Source of the DNA: Scenedesmus sp. PABB004
Taxonomy: Eukaryota
Assembly (NCBI GenBank): GCA_014905635.1
Contig: JABVCE010000016.1
Coordinates: 496,001 to 560,000 of the forward strand
Length of the DNA: 64,000 nt
Reading direction: 5' to 3'
A program made the position numbers and the translations under genes. Positions within the stretch are counted from its first letter, which is position 1. Each line of letters starts with the position of its first letter. Positions 23,250 to 33,900 of the stretch are shown here, piece by piece. Below the pieces are notes generated by a model. It saw only the letters and a list, made by a program, of their open reading frames with translations, did no database searches and was not told the DNA's origin.

Positions 23250-26200
23250 GAGCCGATGATGGCCGACCGGCACGTGGTCATGATGACGCTCGCGCTGGGG
23301 CAGTACCTGCAGGAGACGCACGTGCGGCTGCGCGAGCAGCTCAGCCACCTTCCCAACAAGATCGCGCACTGGTACCGCCACGGCCGGGTGGGTGCGCCGC
23401 GCCGCGGCGTCGCGCCGGCCGCCGGCGTGCAGCGCGCGCCCCGCGCGGCGCGGCGCGCCGACGCGCGCGCGCCCGCCGCGCCGCCGCCGGGGAGCGCAGG
23501 TGCAGCCGCCGTGCGAGCTGCCGAGCGTGTACGTTCAGATCGTGCTGCCGGAGGGCCGCGTGCGGCTGTTCCAGGTCATGCACAGCCTGCAGGAGACGCT
23601 CGCAGGCCGGGGCACCGCCGCGGCGGCGCGCTCCGCGGCGGCGGCGGTGGCGGCGGACGGCGCGCGCCGGCGCGAGGCCGCGCCGGCCGGCGGCGGCGAC
23701 GCCAAGGCCGCGGGCGGCGACGGCCACGCGTCGTCGTTCGTTGCCGCGGGCGGCGCCGCGTACGACAGCTTCTGCGCCGGCGGCGCGCCGAGCAGCGCCG
23801 ACCTCGCCGCCGTGCGCACGCGCGGCGGCGGCGGCGGCGGCCGGCGCAAGCGCCGCGGCGTCGGCGTACCCACAGGCGCGGCGTACTGGCGGAGCTTCAT
23901 GGCGAGCGTGCACGTGCTGTGCGTGGGCGAGGTCAAGCACGCGCTCATGGCGCACAGCGTCGCGGGCGTGCCGGGCGTGCTCACGCTGCTGTCCAACCTC
24001 TGCTCCACGAGCGACTTTGGCGTGAGCGGGTCCGAGGTGCTCGACGGCGTGCCCGCCTGGCTGCGGGACTACATGGTGCGCGCCACTGCGCCGCGGCGTC
24101 GCGGCGCCGTCGCTGCCGCTGCGCGCCCGCCCCGCGGCGGCCGCGCCGTGCGCCGCTGGCGCGCCGCGCGCCGCGCGCCGCGCACGCGCACGCGCCGCCC
24201 CCGCCCACCTGCGCCCGCCCGCGCCCACCTGCGCCCGCCTGTCGCCCCCCGCAGGTCGGCGCGAGCCAGGAGCTGTACGAGCTCGCGGCCTTCCCTGCCG
24301 CGCTGCTGGGTCGGACCTTCCGCGAGGCCGCGGCGTTTGTGTTTGACTCGGCGCACGCGGTGCTGCTCGGCGTCGAGCCGGCGCGTGGCCCGCACAAGGG
24401 CCAGCTGCTGCTGGGGGAGCTCGACCTGGTGCGCCGCCCGCCGCGCCGCTGGGGCGCGCCGGGCGACCGGCCGCGCCCGGCGCCGCCCGCGCCCGGCTCC
24501 GCTGCGCGCTGCGCGGCTGGCGCCGCCGGGCAGCGCCTGCCCGCTGAGCCCCGCTGCCGGCTGTCGGGCCGTGCCCGTCCCACGCCTCGCGCCCGCGGCG
24601 CTGCTGCTGCTGCCAGGTGATCAGTGATGACATGACCGGCTACCTAGTCAGCGATGACATCAGCGCCAGCGTGCTCGTCGCGGGCGTCACGCCCGCCGAC
24701 TTTGCGCGCTGGGCGGAGCACCGCCAGCGCGCCAACGCGCGCGCGGCGGCCGAGGAGGAGCAGCGCGCGCGCGCGGCGGCGGGCCCGGGCGGCGCGGCGG
24801 CCGAGGGCGGCAGCGCCTCGGGCAAGGGCGAGCACCGTGGCCACCTCCTGAGCCTGGGCCACCACGGCGAGCGGCGCTTTGACAAGCAGGCCAGCGGCGG
24901 GGAGCTCGACCTGCGCCGCGGCCACCGCGCAACGCGGACCGTCGTGGTTCCGCGCGCCCAGCAGAAGGTGCGCCGCGGCGCGCCGGCCGCGCCGGCCGCG
25001 CCCGGGCCGCCGCCGCTCAGCCAGCGCGCGCGCCGTGCGCGCGGCGCCGCCCACAGCACGGCCTAGACGAGGAGGACTGCTCGTTCTCAAGCAGCGACGA
25101 TGACGACGAGGCGTACGACGGCGCCGGGCCCCGCAGCCCGTCGTCCAAGGCGTTTGGCCTCGCGCCCGGCGCGGCGCACGGCGGCGCGGCCGACGCGGCC
25201 GCCGCGAGCTCGGCGGTCGCGGCGGTCGCGGTCGGCCTGGGCGACAGCGTCCAGCGCGACCGGCACGGTGCGCGCCGCCCCGCCCGCACCGCCGCCCGCC
25301 CCGCCGCCAGGCGCCGCCACCCGCGCCGCCTCACTGCTGCCCGCCGCGCGCGCCCGCCTGCCGGCCGCGCGCCGCAGGCTACAGCGCGACGCTGGCGGCC
25401 GTCATCCACCTGCTGCGCAGCCCCAGCCGGCAGATGCGGGACTGCGGCGAGTCGTTCATGCGGCAGCACTACCACCTGCGCCCGGCCGGCGCGGTCGCGG
25501 TGCGGCGCCGCGCCGCCGCCGCGCAGCCCGCAGCGCCGCCCCGCCCCGCGCGGCCCGCAGCGCCGCCCCGCCCCTCGCGGCGCGCGCCGCCCGCTGCCTC
25601 ACGCGCCGCCGCGGCCCGGCCGCACACCGCGCCGCGCGCGCGCGCGCAGAGCCCCGCCGACATGGTCGTGGACAGCGTGCCGCCCGGGCTGCACGGCCAC
25701 ACGCTCGTCGTGGGCGTGCCGCGCAGCCAGGAGTCGCTGCTCGCGCTGCTCGCGCCGCTGCGCAGCCGGCGGCTCGCCGACTGGCGCCCGCTCGTGATCA
25801 TCGACGCCGCGCCGCCGGGCGCGGGCGGCTGCTGGGCCATCCTCGCGCAGTTCGCCCACACCTTTTTCATCCTGGTGCGTGGGGCGCCCTGCTGCCGGGC
25901 GCCCCGGCGCCCCGGCGCGGCCGCGCGCCCGCTCGCCCCGGCCGCCGCGCCGGCCGCGGCCGCCGGCGCGCCTGCCCGCCTGCCCGCCCGCCGCGCCGCG
26001 CCGCGCGCACCCACGGCCCCGCCCGCCGCGCCGCCGCCAGATGGACGACGGGCTCAACGACGCGCTGCTGCGCGCCAACGCGGAGGCCGCGCAGCAGGCC
26101 ATCCTGCTCAGCCCCCTGACCGTGAGCGAGGGCGACAGCGAGGACGCGCGCCTCGCCAGCAAGGTCATGACCGGTGAGCGCCGCCCGCCGCGCAGCGCCG

Positions 26201-27836
26201 CGCGGCGCGAGCCGCCGCCGCTGCGCCGCGGCCGTGTGGCACGGGGCGCGCCCCCTCTCGCCGACGCGCCGCCGCCGCCGCCGCGCGGCGCGCCGCCAGA
26301 CGCGATGGTTGTGCACATGTACCAGATGCTCCGCTCGCTCAACCCTGAGATGCAGCTGCTCACTGAGCTCATGCTGCCGCACAACACGGCCTACCTCGCG
26401 CCCTCGCCGCCGCTGCGCCGCGTGCCGCGGCGCATGGCGCCGCTGCTCTCGCCCGCGTACATCAGCGGCAGCGTGTTCATGGCCCACACGCTGGACGACC
26501 TCATGGTCGCCAGCTACAGCAACAACGCGAGCGACCGACTCATCCTGGCGCTGCAGCACCGCTGGCACATGCCCTCGCACGGCGTGCCCGCGCTCGGCGG
26601 CGGCGTGCCGGCGAGCGGCGCCGCCGCCGCCGCCGACGCCGACGCCGGCGCGGCGGGGCCCGACCAGGGCGCGCGCGGCGCCGGCGCGCCGCGGGCGCAC
26701 CGCCACCACAAGGCGGGCGCGCCGACGATCGTCCAGATCCGGGTTGATCCCGCCGCGGTGGGCGGGAGCTACGGGCGCTACTTCCACGCGCTGCTCTCGC
26801 GCCGCGGGCTGCTGCTGCTGGGCCTGTACCGCCCCGTCAACGCCGACGGCCTGAGCTTCCGCGCGACGATCACCAACCCGCCTTATGTGAGCGCCGGGCC
26901 GGGTCCTGCAGGGGCGGGGCGGGGCGGGGCGGGGCGGGGCGGGGCGGGGCGGGGCGGGTCGGGGCGGGGCGGGGCGGGGCGGGGCGGGGCGGGGCGGGGC
27001 GGGGCGGGGCGGGGCGGGGCGGGGCGGGCGGGGCGGGCGGGGCGGGGCGGGGCGGGGCGGGGGGGCGGGGCGGGGCGGGGCGGGGCGGGCGGGGCGGGGC
27101 GGGGCGGGGCGGGGGCGGGGCGGGCGGGGCGGGCGGGGCGGGGCGGGGCGGGGCGGGGCGGGGCGGGGCGGGGCGGGGCGGGGCGGGGCGGGGCGGCGGG
27201 GCGGGGCGGGGCGGGGCGGGGCGGGGCGGGGCGGGGCGGGGCGGGGCGGGGCGGGGCGGGGCGGGGCGGGGCGGGGCGGGGCGGGGCGGGGCGGGCGGGG
27301 CGGGGCGGGGCGGGGCGGGGCGGGCGGGGCGGGGCGGGGCGGGGCGGGGCGGGGCGGGGCGGGGCGGGGCGGGGCGGGGCGGCGGGGCGCGCCGGCGATG
27401 CGTGCGCAGGGCACTGGGCGCTGACGTCCGCCGCCGCCGCCACCGCCGCCGCCGCGCCGCCCGCGCGCAGAGCACGGTGCTGCGGTGCGGCGACCACGCG
27501 TTTGTGCTGACGAGCCTGCGCTTCCCGGACGCCTTTGGCGACAGCGAGGCCGCCGCCGCGGCGTGGCCGGCGGAGACGCTGGGTTTCAACAACCTCACGC
27601 CCCCGCCCAGCCGCGTGCCCGACCCGCTCGCCGGCGTCGGCGGCGGCGGCGACGCCGACCCCGCGCCGAGCGACGGCGGCGGCGCGCTCGCAGCGCTGCT
27701 GAGCGCGCGCACGCGCAGCCGCGGCGGCGCCGGCTCGCGCTCGCGCTCGGCGCGCGGCGGCGAGGTCGGCGCGGGGGTGCCTGCGGGCTACGGCGAAGCG
27801 CCGGCCTCCTTTGCCCCCGCCGACGACGCGAGCTGA
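20518..27836 (+). CDS. BK/Slo-type (RCK-domain) potassium channel
   Basis: TM segments (FIDAVTIIP; S4 LNFLRVLR|ILRILKVFR); pore FHESLYWAAVTLTTVGY|GDFSP; RCK1 GHVVFMG, FLDEFYHED, TYLQGSP..DLSRA; SVAGVPGVLTLLSNL, WLRDYM|VGASQELY; RCK2 GHTLVVG, LLAPLRS, LRANAEAA, LLTEL, PAYISGSVF, LLLGLYR, ITNPP. Confidence 0.92.
23219..23246. repeat. (TG)14 microsatellite directly before a CAG acceptor
   Basis: TG run followed immediately by CAG|GAGCCGATG. Confidence 0.9.
26911..27388. repeat. (GGGGC)n pentanucleotide array, about 480 bp, inside the last K+ channel intron
   Basis: Near-pure GGGGC units with occasional GGGC/GGGTC variants, within intron 26887-27470. Confidence 0.97.
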
Positions 27837-28441
27837 GCTCAGGCCTGAGCTGACCTGAGCTGAGTTGAATTGAGTCGAGCCTGCAGGTCCCACGCACGTG
27901 CGGCTGCCAGGGGAAGACGCGGGGACGGTGGGGAGGGTGGGCGGGGGCAGGGGCGACACTGCCGGCGCCTGCGGCCTCCCGCGATACAGTCTGGTCGCGG
28001 TGCTGTCTGTGATCGCTGCACGCGCGGGGTGGGGTGGGTTGAGCAGCTCGCCGCGACACGCACGGGGTGACCGGCCGACGACCACCAATGCCCGGGCACA
28101 CCCACACACGCACTGCGGCGGGCGGGGGGAGGAGACGTGCACGCGGCGGCGGCGCGCGCACGGCACGCGGCACGGTGGCGGGCGACGAAGAACGCGCGCG
28201 CGGGGCTTGCTGAAAGATCATTTCGTGTGCTGCGCTCTGATGATGACGATCAGGGGCTGCCTGTGGAACACTTGATGGCGCGGCCGTGACCGCTCAGGTC
28301 ACCGCGCACAGCCGCGGCGGCGCCGCCGCGGCGCGGGGTGCGGCGGCGGCCTTGATCGCGCCGCATCATCAGGCCGCCGCGCATCGGGCTCGCCGATCGG
28401 GCCGCAGGCAGGCTGTCGGGCCCAGGCCAGCAGCCAGCGAG

Positions 28442-30360
28442 ATGGCCGACAGCGATGCCGAGAGCGCGGGTCCGGACTGGGTGTCGGACGAGGATGAGGA
28501 GCCGCTGGCCCTCGTTCAAGGCAGCGGAGGCGCTGCGACGGTGGCTGGGCGGCGCCCAACCCCCGGCATCCCGCCTCCGACCGCCCCGCAGCGCCCGCCA
28601 GGGCCGCCGCCGGGCGCGGGGCGTGGCGTGGCGGCACCACCACCGCGCCCTGCCGGCGTGATCGCGCCGTCGCGACCGGGCGGCGCCCCAGCGGGCGGGG
28701 GCGCGGCGGCAGCAGCGGCGGCGCAGCGGTTGGCGCCGCCCGGCGCGCCGCCGCTGCTGCGGCCGCCGGGCGTGCGGCCGGTGCTGGTGCGACCGCCGCC
28801 GCTCGTGGCGGCGCCGCCGCTGCGCCCGCCGCCGCTGCGTCCGCCGCCGCCCGGCCACCCGCCGCCGTCGCTCGGCGTGTCGGGCGGCGGCACGCCGCGG
28901 CCGGTCGGCGGCGGGCACCCGCCGCTGCAGCGGCCACCGCCAGGGGCGCCTGCCGCGCCAGCGGGCGCGGCGCCACAGCGGCCACCCCCGCCGCCGCGGC
29001 TGCCCGTCGCGCCGCCAGGCGGCGCACCCGCAGCGCCGCGTGGGCCCGGCGCGGCGCAAGGGGCGACGGCCAACGGCCACCCAGCGCCGCCGGCGCCTGC
29101 AGCAGCAGCAGCCACTGCTGGAGGCGGCGCCCAGGGTGAGCGCGCCGCCGGAGCCGGAGCCGACGGCAGCGCAGAGGTCGCGGCCGTGCAGCAGCAGCAG
29201 GCACAGCAGGAGCCGCAGCGGCCCGAGGCGGTGCCGCACCAGCCGCTGCAAAAGCACGAGCTGCCGCCGCCCCTGCTGGTACAGCAACCGGAGCCGCCGC
29301 AGCCTGGGGCGCCGTCGGCAGTGGTGGCACAGCAGCCGCAGCAGTGGGGCGAGCAGCCCTGGGCGGCTCCGGCGCCGCCGCCGGCAGAGACCGCGCCGCA
29401 GCCGGCGCCAGCGCTTGCGCCAGAGCCCGCGCCAGAGCCGGAGCCCGCGCCAGAGCCGGCGCCGCCGCCCGCGCCAGAGGCCTCGCCCGGCTACGTGGCG
29501 GCGGCAGCCAGCCCCTTCGCATCGGCGGCAGGCGCTGGCAGCCTAGACGACGAGCTTTTCGGCGGGACAGACAGCAGCGCAGGCCCAGCGGCGCCTGGCG
29601 CTTGGCCCGGCGGCGCGGTGCAGCAGCCGGCGGTCAGCAGCAGCAGCGCGGCCCAGCCGGCGCGTGAGTGGCCGCAGCAGGGGCAGGAGCACCACCACCA
29701 GGAGGCATGGGGCCAGCCCGCCGCGCACTGGGGCCCGCCGCCGCCCTTGGCGACCGCAGCTGCTGGCACGGGCGAGGCGCTGGTCGCCTCCGCCGGCAGC
29801 AGCACCGGCAGCACTGCCGGGCTGGGCGCCGCGCCCGCAGCTGCGACCGCTGCGCCCGGCAGCGGCTTTGAGGCCGCGTCGCACCTGCCGTGGCACGCGG
29901 CCCAGGCGGTGGAGCCGCAGGCCGACGCCCACCGCCCGCCGCAGCCGGCGGCGGACGGTGCGGCGGTCACGGAAGCAAGACCGCCCACGCAGGCTCAGGC
30001 GTGTGAGTTCAGCGGCGGCGTCGCGGGCACGGCGCCTGAGCCCGTGGCGCCCCCGCTGGGCCATGCGGCGGCTGGCGGCGGCGGCGCGGCAGTGCTGGAG
30101 GCCGAGTGGCTGTCGGGCGGCGCAGCGGCGCCGGCCGCAGGCGCAGGCGCGCCGGGGCCGCTCCACCACGATGTGAGCCTGGGCACCTGGGCCGCCCCGG
30201 ACGGGCGCAGCGGCGGCGCAGCCGCGCACAAGGCGGTGGCCGAGGCGGAGCAGTGCGTGCTGCCGGCGGCCCCCGAGGTGGGAGAGCTATGCGCGCCCGC
30301 TGCAGCGCCGCCGGCCGGCGCCGAGGGCGGCGCCGCGCCGCCGGTGGTGCAGCAGTGGGG

Positions 30361-30394
<34 letters not shown>

Positions 30395-30956
30395 GAGGAG
30401 CCGGCCGCAGTCGGCGGCTTCAAGCTGGTCGCTGCCCCGCTGTTTGCTGACGACGGCGACGACGAGGGCAGTGCGTTCTTCGCCAGCCCGCGGCACACTA
30501 AGCCGCCCGCTGCGCCGGCGCCCGCTGCGCCGGCAGCCGCTGCAGCACCGGAGCCGCCGGCGGCGTTTGCCATGGCGAGCGGGCCGCTTTTTGATGCCGA
30601 TGACGACAGCTCGGCCTTTTTCGACGACCCTGACAGCAGCGCGGGCGGGCCCTTCGCTGCGGCGCCGCTGCCGCACGCAGCAGCCCCTGTGGCGCAGCCC
30701 TGGGAGCAGCCGCAGACGGCTGCGGGCGGCCCGGGGGTGGCGGGCTTTGGAGCAGCCAGCGACGACGCCAGCGCGTTTTTCGAGGATGCAGGCGCCGCGG
30801 CCTCTGTCGCCCACCAGCCGCAGGAGACGCTGCCCGTGGCTGTTGGCGCGGCCGCACAGGGCGCCACCGCCTGGCAGCAGGAACAGCAGCAGCCCTGGCA
30901 GCAGCAGCAACAGCAGCAGGAGCCCTGGCAGCAGCAGCAACAGCAGCAGCAGGAGC

Positions 30957-30991
<35 letters not shown>

Positions 30992-33900
30992 CAGCAGCAG
31001 CAGCAGCAGCAGCACGCTGCCGCCGCAGCGCAGGCCTCTCACGTCCACACCGACGAGCACGGTCAGCAGTGGCTCTGGGACGCCGGAGCGCAGCAGTGGC
31101 AGCCGTGCCAGCCGCAGCAGCAGCTCCCAGCGGTGCCAGCGCAGGACGCCGGCGCAGCGCACGCCCCACAGCCGTCGCAGCACGATGACGGCAGCGCGTT
31201 TTTTGACGACGGGGGCGCCGGCGGCGGCGGCGCTGCCCCGCCGCTGCCCGCCCGCCCCACGGACGACGGCACGTCGTTTTTCGGCGACGGCGCGACGGAG
31301 GGCGGGGCGAGCCTGCCGGCGCCGGCGCCCTTCGCCGCGGTCGCACCTGGTGCGGCTGCGGCTGGGCGAGGCGAGGCGCCAGCTGCAACTGCGGCTGCTG
31401 GCCCGCCAACTGCGGCGGCGCCGCCTGCAGACGACGACGGCAGCGCGTTTTTTGCGGCCGACGGCCCGGAGCACGCGGCCGCAGCCGCGCCTGTGGCTGC
31501 CGAGGCTGCACCCGGCGCAGCCGCCGGCCCGCAGCCCGAGCAGCTGGCAGCGCCGGCGGCGCCGCAGCCGCAGCACGCCTGGGGCGGCGAGCCCGCGCAG
31601 CAGCAGGCGGGCCACGAGCAGCCGTGGACCGCAGGCCAGGCGCAGCAGCAGGCGCTGGGGGATGCGCCATACGGCGGGCAGCCGCAGCAGGACGTGGCCC
31701 CGCAGTGGGGCCAGCCCGACGCGCACCACCACTGGGAGCAGCAGCAGCCGCAGCAGCAGCAGCAGTGGGGCCAGCAAGAATGGCAGCAGCAGCAGCAGCA
31801 GCAGTGGGGCCAGGCGGACGCGGCGCAGGGGCAGGCGCAGTGGGGCCAGCACGCGGGCTGGGGCGCGCAGCCGCAGCCGTACGACCCCGCCGCGGCGGCG
31901 CAGCAGGCGCTGCCGTCGCACGGCTCGGGCGGCGGCGGCGCGTACGCGCTCGGCCTCGCCCCCGGGGCGGCGGCGGCGGCCGACCAGCTGGCGGGCATCC
32001 CTGGCAGCCACCGCTTCAAGCGCGCCTCGGCCGCGGGCGCCGCCGGCGCCGCCGCCGGCCCGGCGGCGCACGGCTTCCTGCCGCAGCCCGCCGCCGGAGG
32101 CGGCCTGCTGCCAGCGCCGGGCGCGGCCGCCGCGGGCGCCGCGGGCGCGCCGGTGCCGGCCGGCGCGGTCGGCTTCTCGCCGTATGCTGCCGCCGCGCAC
32201 CCCGACGGCGGCGCGGGCGGCCTTGCCGCCGCCGTCCAGCCGGGCTATGGCGGCGCCGCCGCGCCGCCGCCAGGCCCCGGCGGCGGCTTTGCCCAGTTCA
32301 ACCAGCAGCAGCAGCAGCCGTACCAGCAGCAGCCGCCGCAGCAGCAGCAGTATGGCGCAGCGGCGGGGCCGTTTGCGGCCCCCGGCCCCAACGCCGGCTG
32401 GGGCGCGCCAGGCTTTGCGCCGGCGGCGCTCGGCGGCTTTGGCCAGCCCGCGCCCGATGCGTCGGCGGCGTACGCCGCGGCGGCGCCGCCGATGAACCAG
32501 CTCGAGGCGCGGCGCAGCCCGCACGGCCGGCCGCCGTGCTGCTTCGTGACGTTTGGCGTCGGCGGGCGCGCGGTGCTGCAGCAGCCGTCGGTGCACTCGG
32601 GTGGGCGCGGCGGCGGCGCGCAGGCGTGGGCTGGCTGCGTGCGGGGTGTTTTTGTTGGGGGCGGGGGGGGGGGAGCTCGCCCCCGCGCCGCTCACCGCGC
32701 CCGAGCTCGCCCTCGCCACGCCCGCTCCTCTTGACCCCCGCCGCCGCGCCACCACCACAGACATGGACATAAGCTTTGCCACCATGGGCGCCGGCGCGCT
32801 GCACCTGCTGTCGCTCGGGCAGCTGCCCGCCGCGCTGCGCGCCGTGTGCGGCGCCAGCGCGCGCGAGCTCCACCAGCAGCAGCAGTCGCAGGCGCCGGCG
32901 TCGGCGCAGGCGCCGGCGCCGGGCACGGTGAGCCTGGCGGCGCTGGAGCGGCTGTTGGAGAGCTACCCCGGCCCGCTGGGGCCCGGCAGCGCGCGGGACA
33001 GGGTCGTCAAGTTTGTCCAGGCGCGCGCCGCGGCGGTCGCGGGGGACGAGCTGGGCCCCGATGCGCCGGCGTGGGCGGTCGAGGCCCGCGCCGCGCTGTG
33101 GGAGCTGCTGCTGATCATGGCCAGGAACCAGGGCCAGCTGCGCGCCGGCGGCGGCAGCAGCGGCGGCGGCGGCGGCGCGGGCGCCAAGGCCGCGGCCGCG
33201 GTCGGCGGGCTGCTGCGCAGCGCCGTGGGCGGCGGCGGCGGCGGCGGCTCGGGCGCGGCGTCGCCGACCGCTGCGGCCGGCGACGCCGTGGCCGGCGCGT
33301 GGGCCGGCGGCGCGGCGGCGGCCGGCGGCGCTGCCGGGGCGGATGACGAGCTGCTGCGTGTGATCGCGCCTGGCGCGGCGGCGGCGGCCGCCGCCGGGCA
33401 GCGCCTGCTCGCGCCACAGGTGGCTGAGATGGAGCTGCAGGCCACCGCCGCGGAGATGCAGGTGCGCGGCCCGTGGCGCGGCTGCAAACTGTGCTGGGCC
33501 TGCGCGCGCCACGCGCTCGGCGGTCGGCTGGCGCCGCCGCACGCGCGGCCGGCTGACGCCGCCGCCGCCCGCGCCGCAGCGCCTGCTGCTGCTGGGGCGC
33601 CGCGAGCAGGCGCTGGGCGTCGCGCTCGCGGGGCAGCTGTGGGCGCCCGCGCTGCTGCTGGCGCACGGCTGCGGTGAGCGGCGCACGCGGCCGGCGGCGC
33701 GCCGCCGGCGCGCCAGCCCACAGCCGCCGCCCGTGAGTGCGGCGCTGATCCCCCCACCGCCGCCCTCCCTCTCTCACCCATCAGGCGAGCGCCGCTTCCT
33801 GGAGGTCGCCGCCAGCATGGCGCAGCGCGGGCTCGTGCGCGGCACGCCGCTGCGCACGCTCGCGCTGCTGCTGTCCGGCCGGCCCGACCTGGTGCACGAG

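Noticed and set aside
25867..28166. PRPAP / GRGGA repeat proteins
   Set aside because: They are translations of the intronic (GGGGC)n array.
30287..32926. 879-aa antisense ORF with poly-Leu
   Set aside because: It is the mirror of CAG-rich SEC16 coding sequence.
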